From assembly GCA_043228905.1 (NCBI GenBank), contig JBHGNT010000021.1, forward strand, positions 62,001-126,000: DNA of 64,000 nt. Direction: 5' to 3'. The notes under the pieces are model-generated. The model saw only the letters and a program-made list of their open reading frames with translations, was not told where the DNA came from and made no database searches. Below, piece by piece: positions 1 to 14,170 of the stretch (positions are counted from its first letter, which is position 1; every line of letters starts with the position of its first letter). The position numbers were made by a program, and so were the translations under genes. The stretch is from Azolla caroliniana. Its lineage: Eukaryota > Plantae > Polypodiophyta.

Positions 1-599
1 ACATTTTAATTTACTCAAGGGCTCCTCTCAACTCACTCCTCAACTTTGCTAATTTCGTCATGCCTCTCGACCTGATTTTCAAAATCTTGATTTTTTAATT
101 CCATATCATAGCTAGCGTTGTTAGCTTCGATTCGCATGTTTGTACACAAAATTCCGATATCACACTCGCTAGGTATAAACATTTTAATTTACTCAAGGGC
201 TCCTCTCAACTCACTCCTCAAATTTGCTAATTTCGTCATGCCTCTCGACCTGATTTTCAAAATCTTGATTTTTTAATTCCATATCATAGCTAGCGTTGTT
301 AGCTTCGATTCGCATGTTTGATCACAAATATCCGATATCACACGAGCCAGGTATGAACATTTTAATTCACTCACGCGCTCTTCCAACCTCACTCCTCAAA
401 TTTGGTAATTTCGTCATGTCTCTCGACTGGAGTTTCAAAATCTTGATTTTGTAATTCCATATCATAGCTAGCGTTGTTAGCTTCGATTCGCATGTTTGAA
501 CACAAAAATCCGATATCACACGAACCAGGTATGAACATTGTAATTTACCTACTAGCTCTTCTCAACTCCCTCCTCAAATTTGGTAATTTCGTCATGTCT

Positions 600-2910
600 C
601 TCGACCTTAGTTTCAAAATCTTGATTTTTTAATTCCATATCATAGCTAGCGTTGTTAGCTTCGATTCGCATGTTTGTACACAAAAATCCGATATCACACT
701 CGCTATGTATGAACATTTTAATTTACTCAAGGGCTCCTCTCAACTCACTCAAATTTGCTAATTTCGTGATGCCTCTCGACCTGATTTTCAAAATCTTGAT
801 TTTTTAATTCCATATCATAGCTAGCGTTGTTAGCTTCGATTCGGATGTTTTTACACAAAATTCCGATATCACACTCGCTAGGTATGAACATTTTAATTTA
901 CTCAAGGGCTCCTCTCAACTCACTCCTCAAATTTGCTAATTTCGTCATGCCTCTCGACCTTATTTTCAAAATCTTGATTTTTTAATTCCATATCATAGGT
1001 AGCGTTGTTAGCTTCGATTCGCATGTTTGAACACAAATATCCGATATCACACGAGCCAGGTATGAACATTTTAATTCACTCACGCGCTCTTCCAACCTCA
1101 CTCCTCAAATTTGGTAATTTCGTCATGTCTCTCGACTAGAGTTTCAAAATCTTGATTTTGTAATTCCATATCATAGCTAGCGTTGTTAGCTTCGATTCGC
1201 ATGTTTGAACACAAAAATCCGATATCACACGAACCAGGTATGAACATTGTAATTTACCTACTAGCTCTTCTCAACTCCCTCCTCAAATTTGGAAATTTCG
1301 TCATGTCTCTCGACCTGAGTTTCAAAATCTTCATTTTTTAATTCCATATCATAGCTAGCGTTGTTAGCTTCGATTCGCATGTTTGTACACAAAAATCCGA
1401 TATCACACTCGCTAGGTATGACCATTTTAATTTACTCAAGGGCTCCTCTCAACTCACTCCTCAAATTTGGTAATTTCGTCATGTGTCTCGACCTGAGTTT
1501 CAAAATCTTGATTTTTCAATTCCATATCATAGCTAGCGTCGTTAGCTTCGATTCGCATGTTTGAACACAAAAATCCGATATCACACGAGCCAGCTATGAA
1601 CATTTTAATTCACTCACGCGCTCTTCCAACCTCACTCCTCAAATTTGGTAATTTCATCATGACTCTCGACCTGAGTTTCAAAATCTTGCTTTTTTAATTC
1701 TAGATCATAGCTAGCGTTGTTAGGTTTGATTCGCATGTTTGAACACAAAATTCCGATATCAGACTCGCTAGGTATGAACATTTTAATTTACTCAAGGGCC
1801 CCTCTCAACTCCCTCCTCAAATTTGGTAATTTCGTCATGTCTCTGGACCTTAGTTTCAAAATCTTGATTTTTTAATTCCATATCATAGCTAGCCTTGTTA
1901 GCTTCGATTCGCATGTTTGTACACAAAAATCCGATATCACACTCGCTATGTATGAACATTTTAATTTACTCAAGGGCTCCTCTCCACTCACTCCTCAAAT
2001 TTGCTAATTTCGTCATGCCTCTCGACCTGATTTTCAAAATCTTGATTTTTTAATTCCATATCATAGCTAGCGTTGTTAGCTTTGATTCGGATGTTTTTAC
2101 ACAAAATTCCGATATCACACTCGCTAGGTATGAACATTTTAATTTACTCAAGGGCTCCTCTCAACTCACTCCTCAAATTTGCTAATTTCGTCATGCCTCT
2201 CGACCTTATTTTCAAAATCTTGATTTTTTAATTCCATATCATAGCTAGCGTTGTTAGCTTCGATTCGCATGTTTGAACACAAATATCCGATATCACACGA
2301 GCCAGGTATGAACATTTTAATTCACTCACGCGCTCTTCCAACCTCACTCCTCAAATTTGGTAATTTCATCATGTCTCTCGACTGGACTTTCAAAATCTTG
2401 ATTTTGTAATTCCATATCATAGCTAGTGTTGTTAGCTTCGATTCGCATGTTTGAACACAAAAATCCGATATCACAAGAACCAGGTATGAACATTGTAATT
2501 TACCTACTAGCTCTTCTCAACTCCCTCCTCAAATTTGGAAATTTCGTCATGTGTCTCGACCTGAGTTTCAAAATCTTGATTTTTTAATTCCATATCATAG
2601 CTAGCGTTGTTAGCTTCGATTCGCATGTTTGTACACAAAAATCCGATATCACACTCGCTAGGTATGACCATTTTAATTTACTCAAGGGCTCCTCTCAACT
2701 CACTCCTCAAATTTGGTAATTTCGTCATGTGTCTCGACCTGAGTTTCAAAATCTTGATTTTTCAATTCCATATCATAGCTAGCGTCGTTAGCTTCGATTC
2801 GCATGTTTGAACACAAAAATCCGATATCACACGAGCCAGCTATGAACATTTTAATTCACTCACGCGCTCTTCCAACCTCACTCCTCAAATTTGGTAATTT
2901 CATCATGTCT
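600..2910. repeat. Local higher-order duplication, 7-monomer offset (1246 bp)
   Basis: Paired rare variants: TCGGATGTTTTT at 841/2087, CAGCTATG at 1591/2837, identical 67-aa ORFs at 1361/2607. Boundaries approximate. Confidence 0.85.
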
Positions 2911-5900
2911 CTCGACTGGACTTTCAAAATCTTGATTTTGTAATTCCATATCATAGCTAGTGTTGTTAGCTTCGATTCGCATGTTTGAACACAAAAATCC
3001 GATATCACAAGAACCAGGTATGAACATTGTAATTTACCTACTAGCTCTTCTCAACTCCCTCCTCAAATTTGGAAATTTCGTCATGTCTCTCGACCTGAGT
3101 TTCAAAATCTTGATTTTTTAATTCCATATCATAGCTAGTGTTCTTAGCTTCGATTCGCATGTTTGTACACAAAAATCCGATATCACACTCGCTAGGTATG
3201 ACCATTTTAATTGACTCAAGGGCTCCTCTCAACTCACTCCTCAAATTTGCTAATTCCGTCATGACTCTCGACCTGAGTTTCAAAATCTTCCTTTTTTAAT
3301 ACTAGATCATAGCTAGCGTTGTTAGGTTTGATTCGCATGTTTGAACACAAAATTCCGATATCAGACTCGCTAGGTATGAATATTTTAATTTACTCAAGGG
3401 CCCCTCTCAACTCCCTCCTCAAATTTGGTAATTTCGTCATGTCTCTGGACCTTAGTTTCAAAATCTTGATTTTTTAATTCCATATCATAGCTAGCGTTGT
3501 TAGCTTCGATTCGCATGTTTGTACACAAAAATCCGATATCACACTCGCTATGTATGAACATTTTAATTTACTCAAGGGCTCCTCTCAACTCACTCCTCAA
3601 ATTTGCTAATTTCGTCATGCCTCTCGACCTGATTTTCAAAATCTTGATTTTTTAATTCCATATCATAGCTAGCGTTGTTAGCTTCGATTCGCATGTTTGT
3701 ACACAAAAATCCGATATCACACTCGCTATGTATGAACATTTTAATTTACTCAAGGGCTCCTCTCAACTCACTCCTCAAATTTGCTAATTCCGTCATGACT
3801 CTCGACCTGAGTTTCAAAATCTTGCTTTTTTAATTCTAGATCATAGCTAACGTTGTTAGGTTTGATTCGCATGTTTGAAAACAAAATTCCGATATCACAC
3901 TCGCTAGCTATGAACATTTTAATTTACTCAAGGGCCCCTCTCAACCCCCTCCTCAAATTTGGTAATTTCGTCATGTCTCTCAACCTTAGTTTCAAAATCT
4001 TGATTTTTTAATTCCATATCATAGCTAGCGTTGTTAGCTTCGATTCGCATGTTTGTACACAAAATTCCGATATCACACGAGCCAGGTATGAACATTTTAA
4101 TTTACTCAAGGGCTCCTCTCAACTCACTCCTCAAATTTGCTAATTTCGTCATGTCTCTCGACCTGAGTTTCAAAATCTTGATTTTTCAATTCCATATGAT
4201 AGCTAGCGTTGTTAGCTTCGATTCGCATGTTTGTACACAAAAATCCGATATCACACTCGCTAGGTATGACCATTTTAATTTACTCAAGGGCTCCTCTCAA
4301 CTCACTCCTCAAATTTGCTAATTCCGTCATGACTCTCGACCTGAGTTTCAAAATCTTGCTTTTTTAATTCTAGATCATAGCTAACGTTGTTAGGTTTGAT
4401 TCGCATGTTTGAAAACAAAATTCCGATATCACACTCACTAGCTATGAACATTTTAATTTACTCAAGGGCCCCTCTCAACCCCCTCCTCAAATTTGGTAAT
4501 TTCGTCATGTCTCTCGACCTTAGTTTAAAAATCTTGATTTTTTAATTCCATATCATAGCTAGCGTTGTTAGCTTCGATTCGCATGTTTGTACACAAAAAT
4601 CCGATATCACACTCGCTATGTATGAACATTTTAATTTACTCAAGGGCTCTTCCAACCTCACTCCTCAAATTTGGTAATGTCGTCATGTCTCTCGCCTGGA
4701 GTTTCAAAATCTTGATTTTGTAATTCCATATCATAGCTAGCGTTGTTAGCTTCGATTCGCAGGTTTGAACACAAAAATCCGATATCACACGAGCCAGGTA
4801 TGAACATTATAATTTACCTACTAGCTCTTCTCAACTCCCTCCTGAAATTTGGAAATTACGTCATGTCTCTCGATCTGAGTTTCAAAATCTTGATTTTTTA
4901 AGTCCATATCATAGCTAGCGTTGTTAGCTTCGATTCGCATGTTTGAACACAAAAATCCGATATCACACGAGCCAGGTATGAACATTTTAATTCACTCACG
5001 CGCTATTCCAACCTCACTCCTCAAATTTGGTAATTTCGTCATGTCTCTCGCCTGGAGTTTCAAAATCTTGATTTTGTAATTCCATATCATAGCTAGCGTT
5101 GTTAGCTTCGATTCGCATGTTTGAACACAAAAATCCGATATCACACGAGCTAGGTATAAACATTTTTATTTACTCAAGGGCTCCTCTCAACTCACTCCTC
5201 AAATTTGCTAATTTCGTCATGTCTCTCGACCTGAGTTTCAAAATCTTGATTTTTCAATTCCATATCATAGCTAGCGTTGTTAGCTTCGATTCGCATGTTT
5301 GTACACAAAATTCCGATATCACAATCGCTAGGTATGAACATTTTAATTTACTCAAGGGCTTCTCTCAACTCACTCCTCAAATTTGCTAATTTCGTCATGT
5401 CTCTCGACCTGAGTTTCAAAATCTTGATTTTTCAATTCCATATGATAACTAGCGTTGTTAGCTTCGATTCGCATGTTTGTACACAAAAATCCGATATCAC
5501 ACTCGCTAGGTATGACCATTTTAATTTACTCAAGGGCTCCTCTCAACTCACTCCTCAAATTTGCTAATTCCGTCATGACTCTCGACCTGAGTTTCAAAAT
5601 CTTGCTTTTTTAATTCTAGATCATAGCTAGCGTTGTTAGGTTTGATTCGCATGTTTGAACACAAAATTCCGATATCACACGAGCCAGGTATGAACATTTT
5701 AATTTACCTAATAGCTCTTCTTAACTCCCTCCTCAAATTTGGTAATTTCGTCATGTCTCTCGACCTGAGTTTCATAATCTTGATATTTTAATTCCATGTC
5801 ATAGCTAGCGTTGTTAGCTTCGATTCGCATGTTTGTACACAACAATCCGATATCACACTCGCTAGGTATGACCATTTTAATTTACTCAAGGGCTCCTCTC

Positions 5901-7799
5901 AACTCACTCCTCAAATTTGCTAATTTCGTCATGTCTCTCGGCCTGAGTTTCAAAATCTTGATTTTTTAATTCCATATCATAGCTAGTGTTGTTGGCTTCG
6001 ATTCGCATGTTTGAACACAAAAATCCGATATCACACTCGCTAGGTATGACCATTTTAATATACTCAAGGGCTCATCTCAACTCACTCCTCAAAGTTGGTA
6101 ATTTCGTCATGTCTCTCGACCTGAGTTTCAAAATCTTGATTTTTTAAGTCCATATGATAGCTAGCGTTGTTAGCTTCGATTCGCATGTTTGAACACAAAA
6201 ATCCGATATCACACGAGCCAGGTATGAACATTTTAATTCACTCACGCGCTCTTCCAACCTCACTCCTCAAATTTGGTAATTTCGTCATGTCTCTCGCCTG
6301 GAGTTTCAAAATCTTGATTTTGTAATTCCATATCATAGCTAGCGTTGTTAGCTTCGATTCGCATGTTTGAACACAAAAATCCGATATCACACGAGCCAGG
6401 TATGAACATTTTAATTTACCTAATAGCTCTTCTTAACTCACTCCTCAAATTTGCTAATTTCGTCATGTCTCTCGACCTGAGTTTCAAAATCTTGATTTTT
6501 TAATTCCATGTCATAGCTAGCGTTGTTAGCTTCGATTCGCATGTTTGTACACAAAATTCCGATATCACACTCGCTAGGTATGAACATTTTAATTTACTCA
6601 AGGGCTTCTCTCAACTCACTCCTCAAATTTGCTAATTTCGTCATGTCTCTCGACCTGAGTTTCAAAATCTTGATTTTTCAATTCCATATGATAGCTAGCG
6701 TTGTTAGCTTCGATTCGCATGTTTGTACACAAAAATCCGATATCACACTCGCTAGGTATGACCCTCAAAAATCCGATATCACACGAGCTAGGTATGAACA
6801 TTTTTATTTACTCAAGGGCTCCTCTCAACTCACTCCTCAAATTTGCTAATTCCGTCATGACTCTCGACCTGAGTTTCAAAATATTCCTTTTTTAATTCTA
6901 GATCATAGCTAGCGTTGTTAGGTTTGATTCGCATGTTTGAACACAAAATTCCGATATCACACTCGCTAGGTATGAACATTTTAATTTACTCAAGGGCTCC
7001 TCTCAACTCACTCCTCAAATTTGGTAATTTCGTCATGTCTCTCGACCTGAGTGTCAAAATCTTGATTTTTTAATTCTATATCATAGCTAGCGTTGTTAGC
7101 TTCGATTCGCATGTTTGAACACAAAAATCCGATATCACACGAGCCAGGTATGAACATTTTAATTTACCTAATAGCTCTTCTTAACTCCCTCCTCAAATTT
7201 GGTAATTTCGTCATGTCTCTCGACCTGAGTTTCATAATCTTGATTTTTTAATTCCATGTCATAGCTAGCGTTGTTAGCTTCGATTCGCATGTTTGTACAC
7301 AAAAATCCGATATCACACTCGCTAGGTATGAACATTTTTATTTACTCAAGGGCTCCTCTCAACTCACTCCTCAAATTTGCTAATTCCGTCATGACTCTCG
7401 ACCTGAGTTTCAAAATCTTGCTTTTTTAATTCTAGATCATAGCTAGCGTTGTTAGGTTTGATTCGCATGTTTGAACACAAAATTCCGATATCACACTCGC
7501 TAGGTATGAACATTTTAATTTACTCAAGGGCCCCTCTCAACTCCCTCCTCAAATTTGGTAATTTCGTCATGTCTCTCGACCTTAGTTTCAAAATCTTGAT
7601 TTTTTAATTCCATATCATAGCTAGCGTTGTTAGCTTCGATTCGCATGTTTGTACACAAAAATCCGATATCACACTCGCTATGTATGAACATTTTAATTTA
7701 CTCAAGGGCTCCTCTCAACTCAATCCTCAAATTTGGTAATTTCGTCATGTCTCTCGACCTGAGTGTCAAAATCTTGATTTTTTAATTCTATATCATAGC

Positions 7800-10700
7800 T
7801 AGCGTTGTTAGCTTCGATTCGCATGTTTGTACACAAAAATCCGATATCACACTCGCTATGTATGAACATTTTAATTTACTCAAGGGCTCCTCTCAACTCA
7901 CTCCTCAAATTTGGTAATTTCGTCATGTCTCTCGACCTGAGTGTCAAAATCATGATTTTTTAATTCTATATCATAGCTAGCGTTGTTAGCTTCGATTCGC
8001 ATGTTTGAACACAAAAATCCGATATCACACGAGCCAGGTATGAACATTTTAATTTACCTAATAGCTCTTCTTAACTCCCTCCTCAAATTTGGTAATTTCG
8101 TCATGTCTCTCGACCTGAGTTTCATAATCTTGATTTTTTAATTCCATGTCATAGCTAGCGTTGTTAGCTTCGATTCGCATGTTTGTACACAAAAATCCGA
8201 TATCACACGAGCTAGATATGAACATTTTTATTTACTCAAGGGCTCCTCTCAACTCACTCCTCAAATTTGCTAATTTCGTCATGTCTCTCGACCTGAGTTT
8301 CAAAATCTTGATTTTTCAATTCCATATCATAGCTAGCGTTGTTAGCTTCGATTCGCATGTTTGTACACAAAATTCCGATATCACACTCGCTAGGTATGAA
8401 CATTTTAATTTACTCAAGGGCTTCTCTCAACTCACTCCTCAAATTTGCTAATTTCGTCATGTCTCTCGACCTGAGTTTCAAAATCTTGATTTTTCAATTC
8501 CATATGATAGCTAGCGTTGTTAGCTTCGATTCGCATGTTTGTACACAAAAATCCGATATCACACTCGCTAGGTATGACCATTTTAATTTACTCAAGGGCT
8601 CCTCTCAACTCACTCCTCAAATTTGCTAATTCCGTCATGACTCTCGACCTGAGTTTCAAAATCTTGCTTTTTTAATTCTAGATCATAGCTAGCGTTGTTA
8701 GCTTCGATTCGCATGTTTGAACACAAAATTCCGATATCACACTCGCTAGGTATGAACATTTTTATTTACTCAAGGGCCCCTCTCAACTCCCTCCTCAAAT
8801 TTGGTAATTTCGTCATGTCTCTCGACCTTAGTTTCAAAATCTTTATTTTTTAATTCCATATCATAGCTAGCGTTGTTAGCTTCGATTCGCATGTTTGTAC
8901 ACAAAAATCTGATATCACACTCGCTATGTATGAACATTTTAATTTACTCAAGGGCTCCTCTCAACTCACTCCTCAAATTTGGTAATTTCGTCATGTCTCT
9001 CGACCTGAGTGTCAACATCTTGATTTTTTAATTCTATATCATAGCTAGCGTTGTTAGCTTCGATTCGCATGTTTGTACACAAAAATCCGATATCACACGA
9101 GCCAGGTATGAACATTTTAATTTACCTAATAGCTCTTCTTAACTCCCTCCTCAAATTTGGTAATTTCGTCATGTCTCTCGACCTGAGTTTCATAATCTTG
9201 ATTTTTTAATTCCATGTCATAGCTAGCGTTGTTAGCTTCGATTCGCATGTTTGTACACAAAAATCCGATATCACACTCGCTAGGTATGACCATTTTAATT
9301 TACTCAAGGGCTCCTCTCAACTCACTCCTCAAATTTGCTAATTCCGTCATGACTCTCGACCTGAGTTTCAAAATCTTGCTTTTTTAATTCTAGATCATAG
9401 CTAGCGTTGTTAGGTTTGATTCACATGTTTGAACACAAAATTCCGATATCACACTCGCTAGGTATGAACATTTTTATTTACTCAACGGCCCCTCTCAACT
9501 CCCTCCTCAAATTTGGTAATTTCGTCATGTCTCTCGACCTGAGTTTCAAAATCTTGATTTTTTAAGTCCATATCATAGCTAGCGTTGTTAGCTTCGATTC
9601 GCATGTTTGAACACAAAAATCCGATATCACACGAGCCAGGTATGAACATTTTAATTCACTCACGCGCTCTTCCAACCTCACTCCTCAAATTTGGTAATTT
9701 CGTCATGTCTCTCGCCTGGAGTTTCAAAATCTTGATTTTGTAATTCCATATCATAGCTAGCGTTGTTAGCTTCGATTCGCATGTTTGAACACAAAAATCC
9801 GATATCACACGAGCTAGGTATGAACATTTTTATTTACTCAAGGGCTCCTCTCAACTCACTCCTCAAATTTGCTAATTCCGTCATGACTCTCGACCTGAGT
9901 TTCAAAATCTTGCTTTTTTAATTCTAGATCATAGCTAGCGTTGTTAGGTTTGATTCGCATGTTTGAACACAAAATTCCGATATCACACTCGCTAGGTATG
10001 AACATTTTAATTTACTCAAGGGCTCCTCTCAACTCACTCCTCAAATTTGCTAATTCCGTCATGACTCTCGACCTGAGTTTCAAAATCTTGCTTTTTTAAT
10101 TCCATATCATAGCTAGCGTTGTTGGCTTCGATTCGCATGTTTGAACACAAAAATCCGATATCACACTCGCTAGGTATGACCATTTTAATATACTCAAGGG
10201 CTCATCTCAACTCACTCCTCAAAGTTGGTAATTTCGTCATGTCTCTCGACCTGAGTTTCAAAATCTTGATTTTTCAATTCCATATGATAGCTAGCGTTGT
10301 TAGCTTCGATTCGCATGTTTGTACACAAAAATCCGATATCACACTCGCTAGGTATGACCATTTTAATTTACTCAAGGGCTCCTCTCAACTCACTCCTCAA
10401 ATTTGCTAATTCCGTCATGACTCTCGACCTGAGTTTCAAAATCTTGCTTTTTTAATTCTAGATCATAGCTAGCGTTGTTAGCTTCGATTCGCATGTTTGA
10501 ACACAAAATTCCGATATCACACTCGCTAGGTATGAACATTTTTATTTACTCAAGGGCCCCTCTCAACTCCCTCCTCAAATTTGGTAATTTCGTCATGTCT
10601 CTCGACCTTAGTTTCAAAATCTTGATTTTTTAATTCCATATCATAGCTAGCGTTGTTAGCTTCGATTCGCATGTTTGTACACAAAAATCCGATATCACAC

Positions 10701-13700
10701 TCGCTATGTATGAACATTTTAATTTACTCAAGGGCTCCTCTCAACTCACTCCTCAAATTTGGTAATTTCGTCATGTCTCTCGACCTGAGTTTCAAAATCT
10801 TGATTTTTCAATTCTAGATCATAGCTAGCGTTGTTAGGTTTGATTCGCATGTTTGAACACAAAATTCCGATATCACACTCGCTAGGTATGAACATTTTAA
10901 TTTACTCAAGGGCCCCTCTCAACTCCCTCCTCAAATTTGGTAATTTCGTCATGTCTCTCGACCTTAGTTTCAAAATCTTGATTTTTTAATTCCATATCAT
11001 AGCTAGCGTTGTTAGCTTCGATTCGCATGTTTGAACACAAAATTCCGATATCACACTCGCTAGGTATGAACATTTTTATTTACTCAAGGGCCCCTCTCAA
11101 CTCCCTCCTCAAATTTGGTAATTTCGTCATGTCTCTCGACCTTAGTTTCAAAATCTTGATTTTTTAATTCCATATCATAGCTAGCGTTGTTAGCTTCGAT
11201 TCGCATGTTTGTACACAAAAATCCGATATCACACTCGCTATGTATGAACATTTTAATTTACTCAAGGGCTCCTCTCAACTCACTCCTCAAATTTGGTAAT
11301 TTCGTCATGTCTCTCGACCTGAGTGTCAAAATCTTGATTTTTTAATTCTATATCATAGCTAGCGTTGTTAGCTTCGATTCGCATGTTTGAACACAAAAAT
11401 CCGATATCACACGAGCCAGGTATGAACATTTTAATTTACCTAATAGCTCTTCTTAACTCCCTCCTCAAATTTGGTAATTTCGTCATGTCTCTCGACCTGA
11501 GTTTCATAATCTTGATTTTTTAATTCCATGTCATAGCTAGCGTTGTTAGCTTCGATTCGCATGTTTGTACACAAAAATCCGATATCACACGAGCTAGGTA
11601 TGAACATTTTTATTTACTCAAGGGCTCCTCTCAACTCACTCCTCAAATTTGCTAATTTCGTCATGTCTCTCGACCTGAGTTTCAAAATCTTGATTTTTCA
11701 ATTCCATATCATAGCTAGCGTTGTTAGCTTCGATTCGCATGTTTGTACACAAAATTCCGATATCACACTCGCTAGGTATGAACATTTTAATTTACTCAAG
11801 GGCTTCTCTCAACTCACTCCTCAAATTTGCTAATTTCGTCATGTCTCTCGACCTGAGTTTCAAAATCTTGATTTTTCAATTCCATATGATAGCTAGCGTT
11901 GTTAGCTTCGATTCGCATGTTTGTACACAAAAATCCGATATCACACTCGCTAGGTATGACCATTTTAATTTACTCAAGGGCTCCTCTCAACTCACTCCTC
12001 AAATTTGCTAATTCCGTCATGACTCTCGACCTGAGTTTCAAAATCTTGCTTTTTTAATTCTAGATCATAGCTAGCGTTGTTAGCTTCGATTCGCATGTTT
12101 GAACACAAAATTCCGATATCACACTCGCTAGGTATGAACATTTTTATTTACTCAAGGGCCCCTCTCAACTCCCTCCTCAAATTTGGTAATTTCGTCATGT
12201 CTCTCGACCTTAGTTTCAAAATCTTGATTTTTTAATTCCATATCATAGCTAGCGTTGTTAGCTTCGATTCGCATGTTTGTACACAAAAATCTGATATCAC
12301 ACTCGCTATGTATGAACATTTTAATTTACTCAAGGGCTCCTCTCAACTCACTCCTCAAATTTGGTAATTTCGTCATGTCTCTCGACCTGAGTGTCAACAT
12401 CTTGATTTTTTAATTCTATATCATAGCTAGCGTTGTTAGCTTCGATTCGCATGTTTGTACACAAAAATCCGATATCACACGAGCCAGGTATGAACATTTT
12501 AATTTACCTAATAGCTCTTCTTAACTCCCTCCTCAAATTTGGTAATTTCGTCATGTCTCTCGACCTGAGTTTCATAATCTTGATTTTTTAATTCCATGTC
12601 ATAGCTAGCGTTGTTAGCTTCGATTCGCATGTTTGTACACAAAAATCCGATATCACACTCGCTAGGTATGACCATTTTAATTTACTCAAGGGCTCCTCTC
12701 AACTCACTCCTCAAATTTGCTAATTCCGTCATGACTCTCGACCTGAGTTTCAAAATCTTGCTTTTTTAATTCTAGATCATAGCTAGCGTTGTTAGGTTTG
12801 ATTCACATGTTTGAACACAAAATTCCGATATCACACTCGCTAGGTATGAACATTTTTATTTACTCAACGGCCCCTCTCAACTCCCTCCTCAAATTTGGTA
12901 ATTTCGTCATGTCTCTCGACCTGAGTTTCAAAATCTTGATTTTTTAAGTCCACATCATAGCTAGCGTTGTTAGCTTCGATTCGCATGTTTGAACACAAAA
13001 ATCCGATATCACACGAGCCAGGTATGAACATTTTAATTCACTCACGCGCTCTTCCAACCTCACTCCTCAAATTTGCTAATTTCGTCATGTCTCTCGCCTG
13101 GAGTTTCAAAATCTTGATTTTGTAATTCCATATCATAGCTAGCGTTGTTAGCTTCGATTCGCATGTTTGAACACAAAAATCCGATATCACACGAGCTAGG
13201 TATGAACATTTTTATTTACTCAAGGGCTCCTCTCAACTCACTCCTCAAATTTGCTAATTCCGTCATGACTCTCGACCTGAGTTTCAAAATCTTGCTTTTT
13301 TAATTCTAGATCATAGCTAGCGTTGTTAGGTTTGATTCGCATGTTTGAACACAAAATTCCGATATCACACTCGCTAGGTATGAACATTTTAATTTACTCA
13401 AGGGCTCCTCTCAACTCACTCCTCAAATTTGCTAATTCCGTCATGACTCTCGACCTGAGTTTCAAAATCTTGCTTTTTTAATTCCATATCATAGCTAGCG
13501 TTGTTGGCTTCGATTCGCATGTTTGAACACAAAAATCCGATATCACACTCGCTAGGTATGACCATTTTAATATACTCAAGGGCTCATCTCAACTCACTCC
13601 TCAAAGTTGGTAATTTCGTCATGTCTCTCGACCTGAGTTTCAAAATCTTGATTTTTCAATTCCATATGATAGCTAGCGTTGTTAGCTTCGATTCGCATGT

Positions 13701-14170
13701 TTGTACACAAAAATCCGATATCACACTCGCTAGGTATGACCATTTTAATTTACTCAAGGGCTCCTCTCAACTCACTCCTCAAATTTGCTAATTCCGTCAT
13801 GACTCTCGACCTGAGTTTCAAAATCTTGCTTTTTTAATTCTAGATCATAGCTAGCGTTGTTAGCTTCGATTCGCATGTTTGAACACAAAATTCCGATATC
13901 ACACTCGCTAGGTATGAACATTTTTATTTACTCAAGGGCCCCTCTCAACTCCCTCCTCAAATTTGGTAATTTCGTCATGTCTCTCGACCTTAGTTTCAAA
14001 ATCTTGATTTTTTAATTCCATATCATAGCTAGCGTTGTTAGCTTCGATTCGCATGTTTGTACACAAAAATCCGATATCACACTCGCTATGTATGAACATT
14101 TTAATTTACTCAAGGGCTCCTCTCAACTCACTCCTCAAATTTGGTAATTTCGTCATGTCTCTCGACCTGA
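7800..14170. repeat. Higher-order duplication, 19-monomer offset (3382 bp); about 7800-10790 vs 11180-14170
   Basis: GTCAACATC at 9011/12393, CTCAACGGCC at 9481/12863, ORF pairs 8161/11543 and 10119/13501. Confidence 0.9.

Noticed and set aside
1-178. Identification as Arabidopsis thaliana CEN178 or primate alpha satellite; CENP-B box
   Set aside because: The length matches CEN178 but the sequence does not match my recollection of that consensus, and alpha satellite is 171 bp. The TTCG motifs are not followed by the A..CGGG pattern of a CENP-B box. A database search is needed to name the family.
1-178. Tandem 5S rRNA, tRNA or snRNA gene array
   Set aside because: No recognisable 5S, tRNA cloverleaf or Pol III box motifs in the monomer by eye; an Infernal/Rfam search would settle it.
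75-178. Internal sub-repeat in the monomer (AAAATCTTGAT/AAAATCCGAT; TATCATAGCTAG/TATCACACTCGCTAG)
   Set aside because: The matches are short and their spacings inconsistent; not distinguishable from chance in AT-rich sequence without computation.
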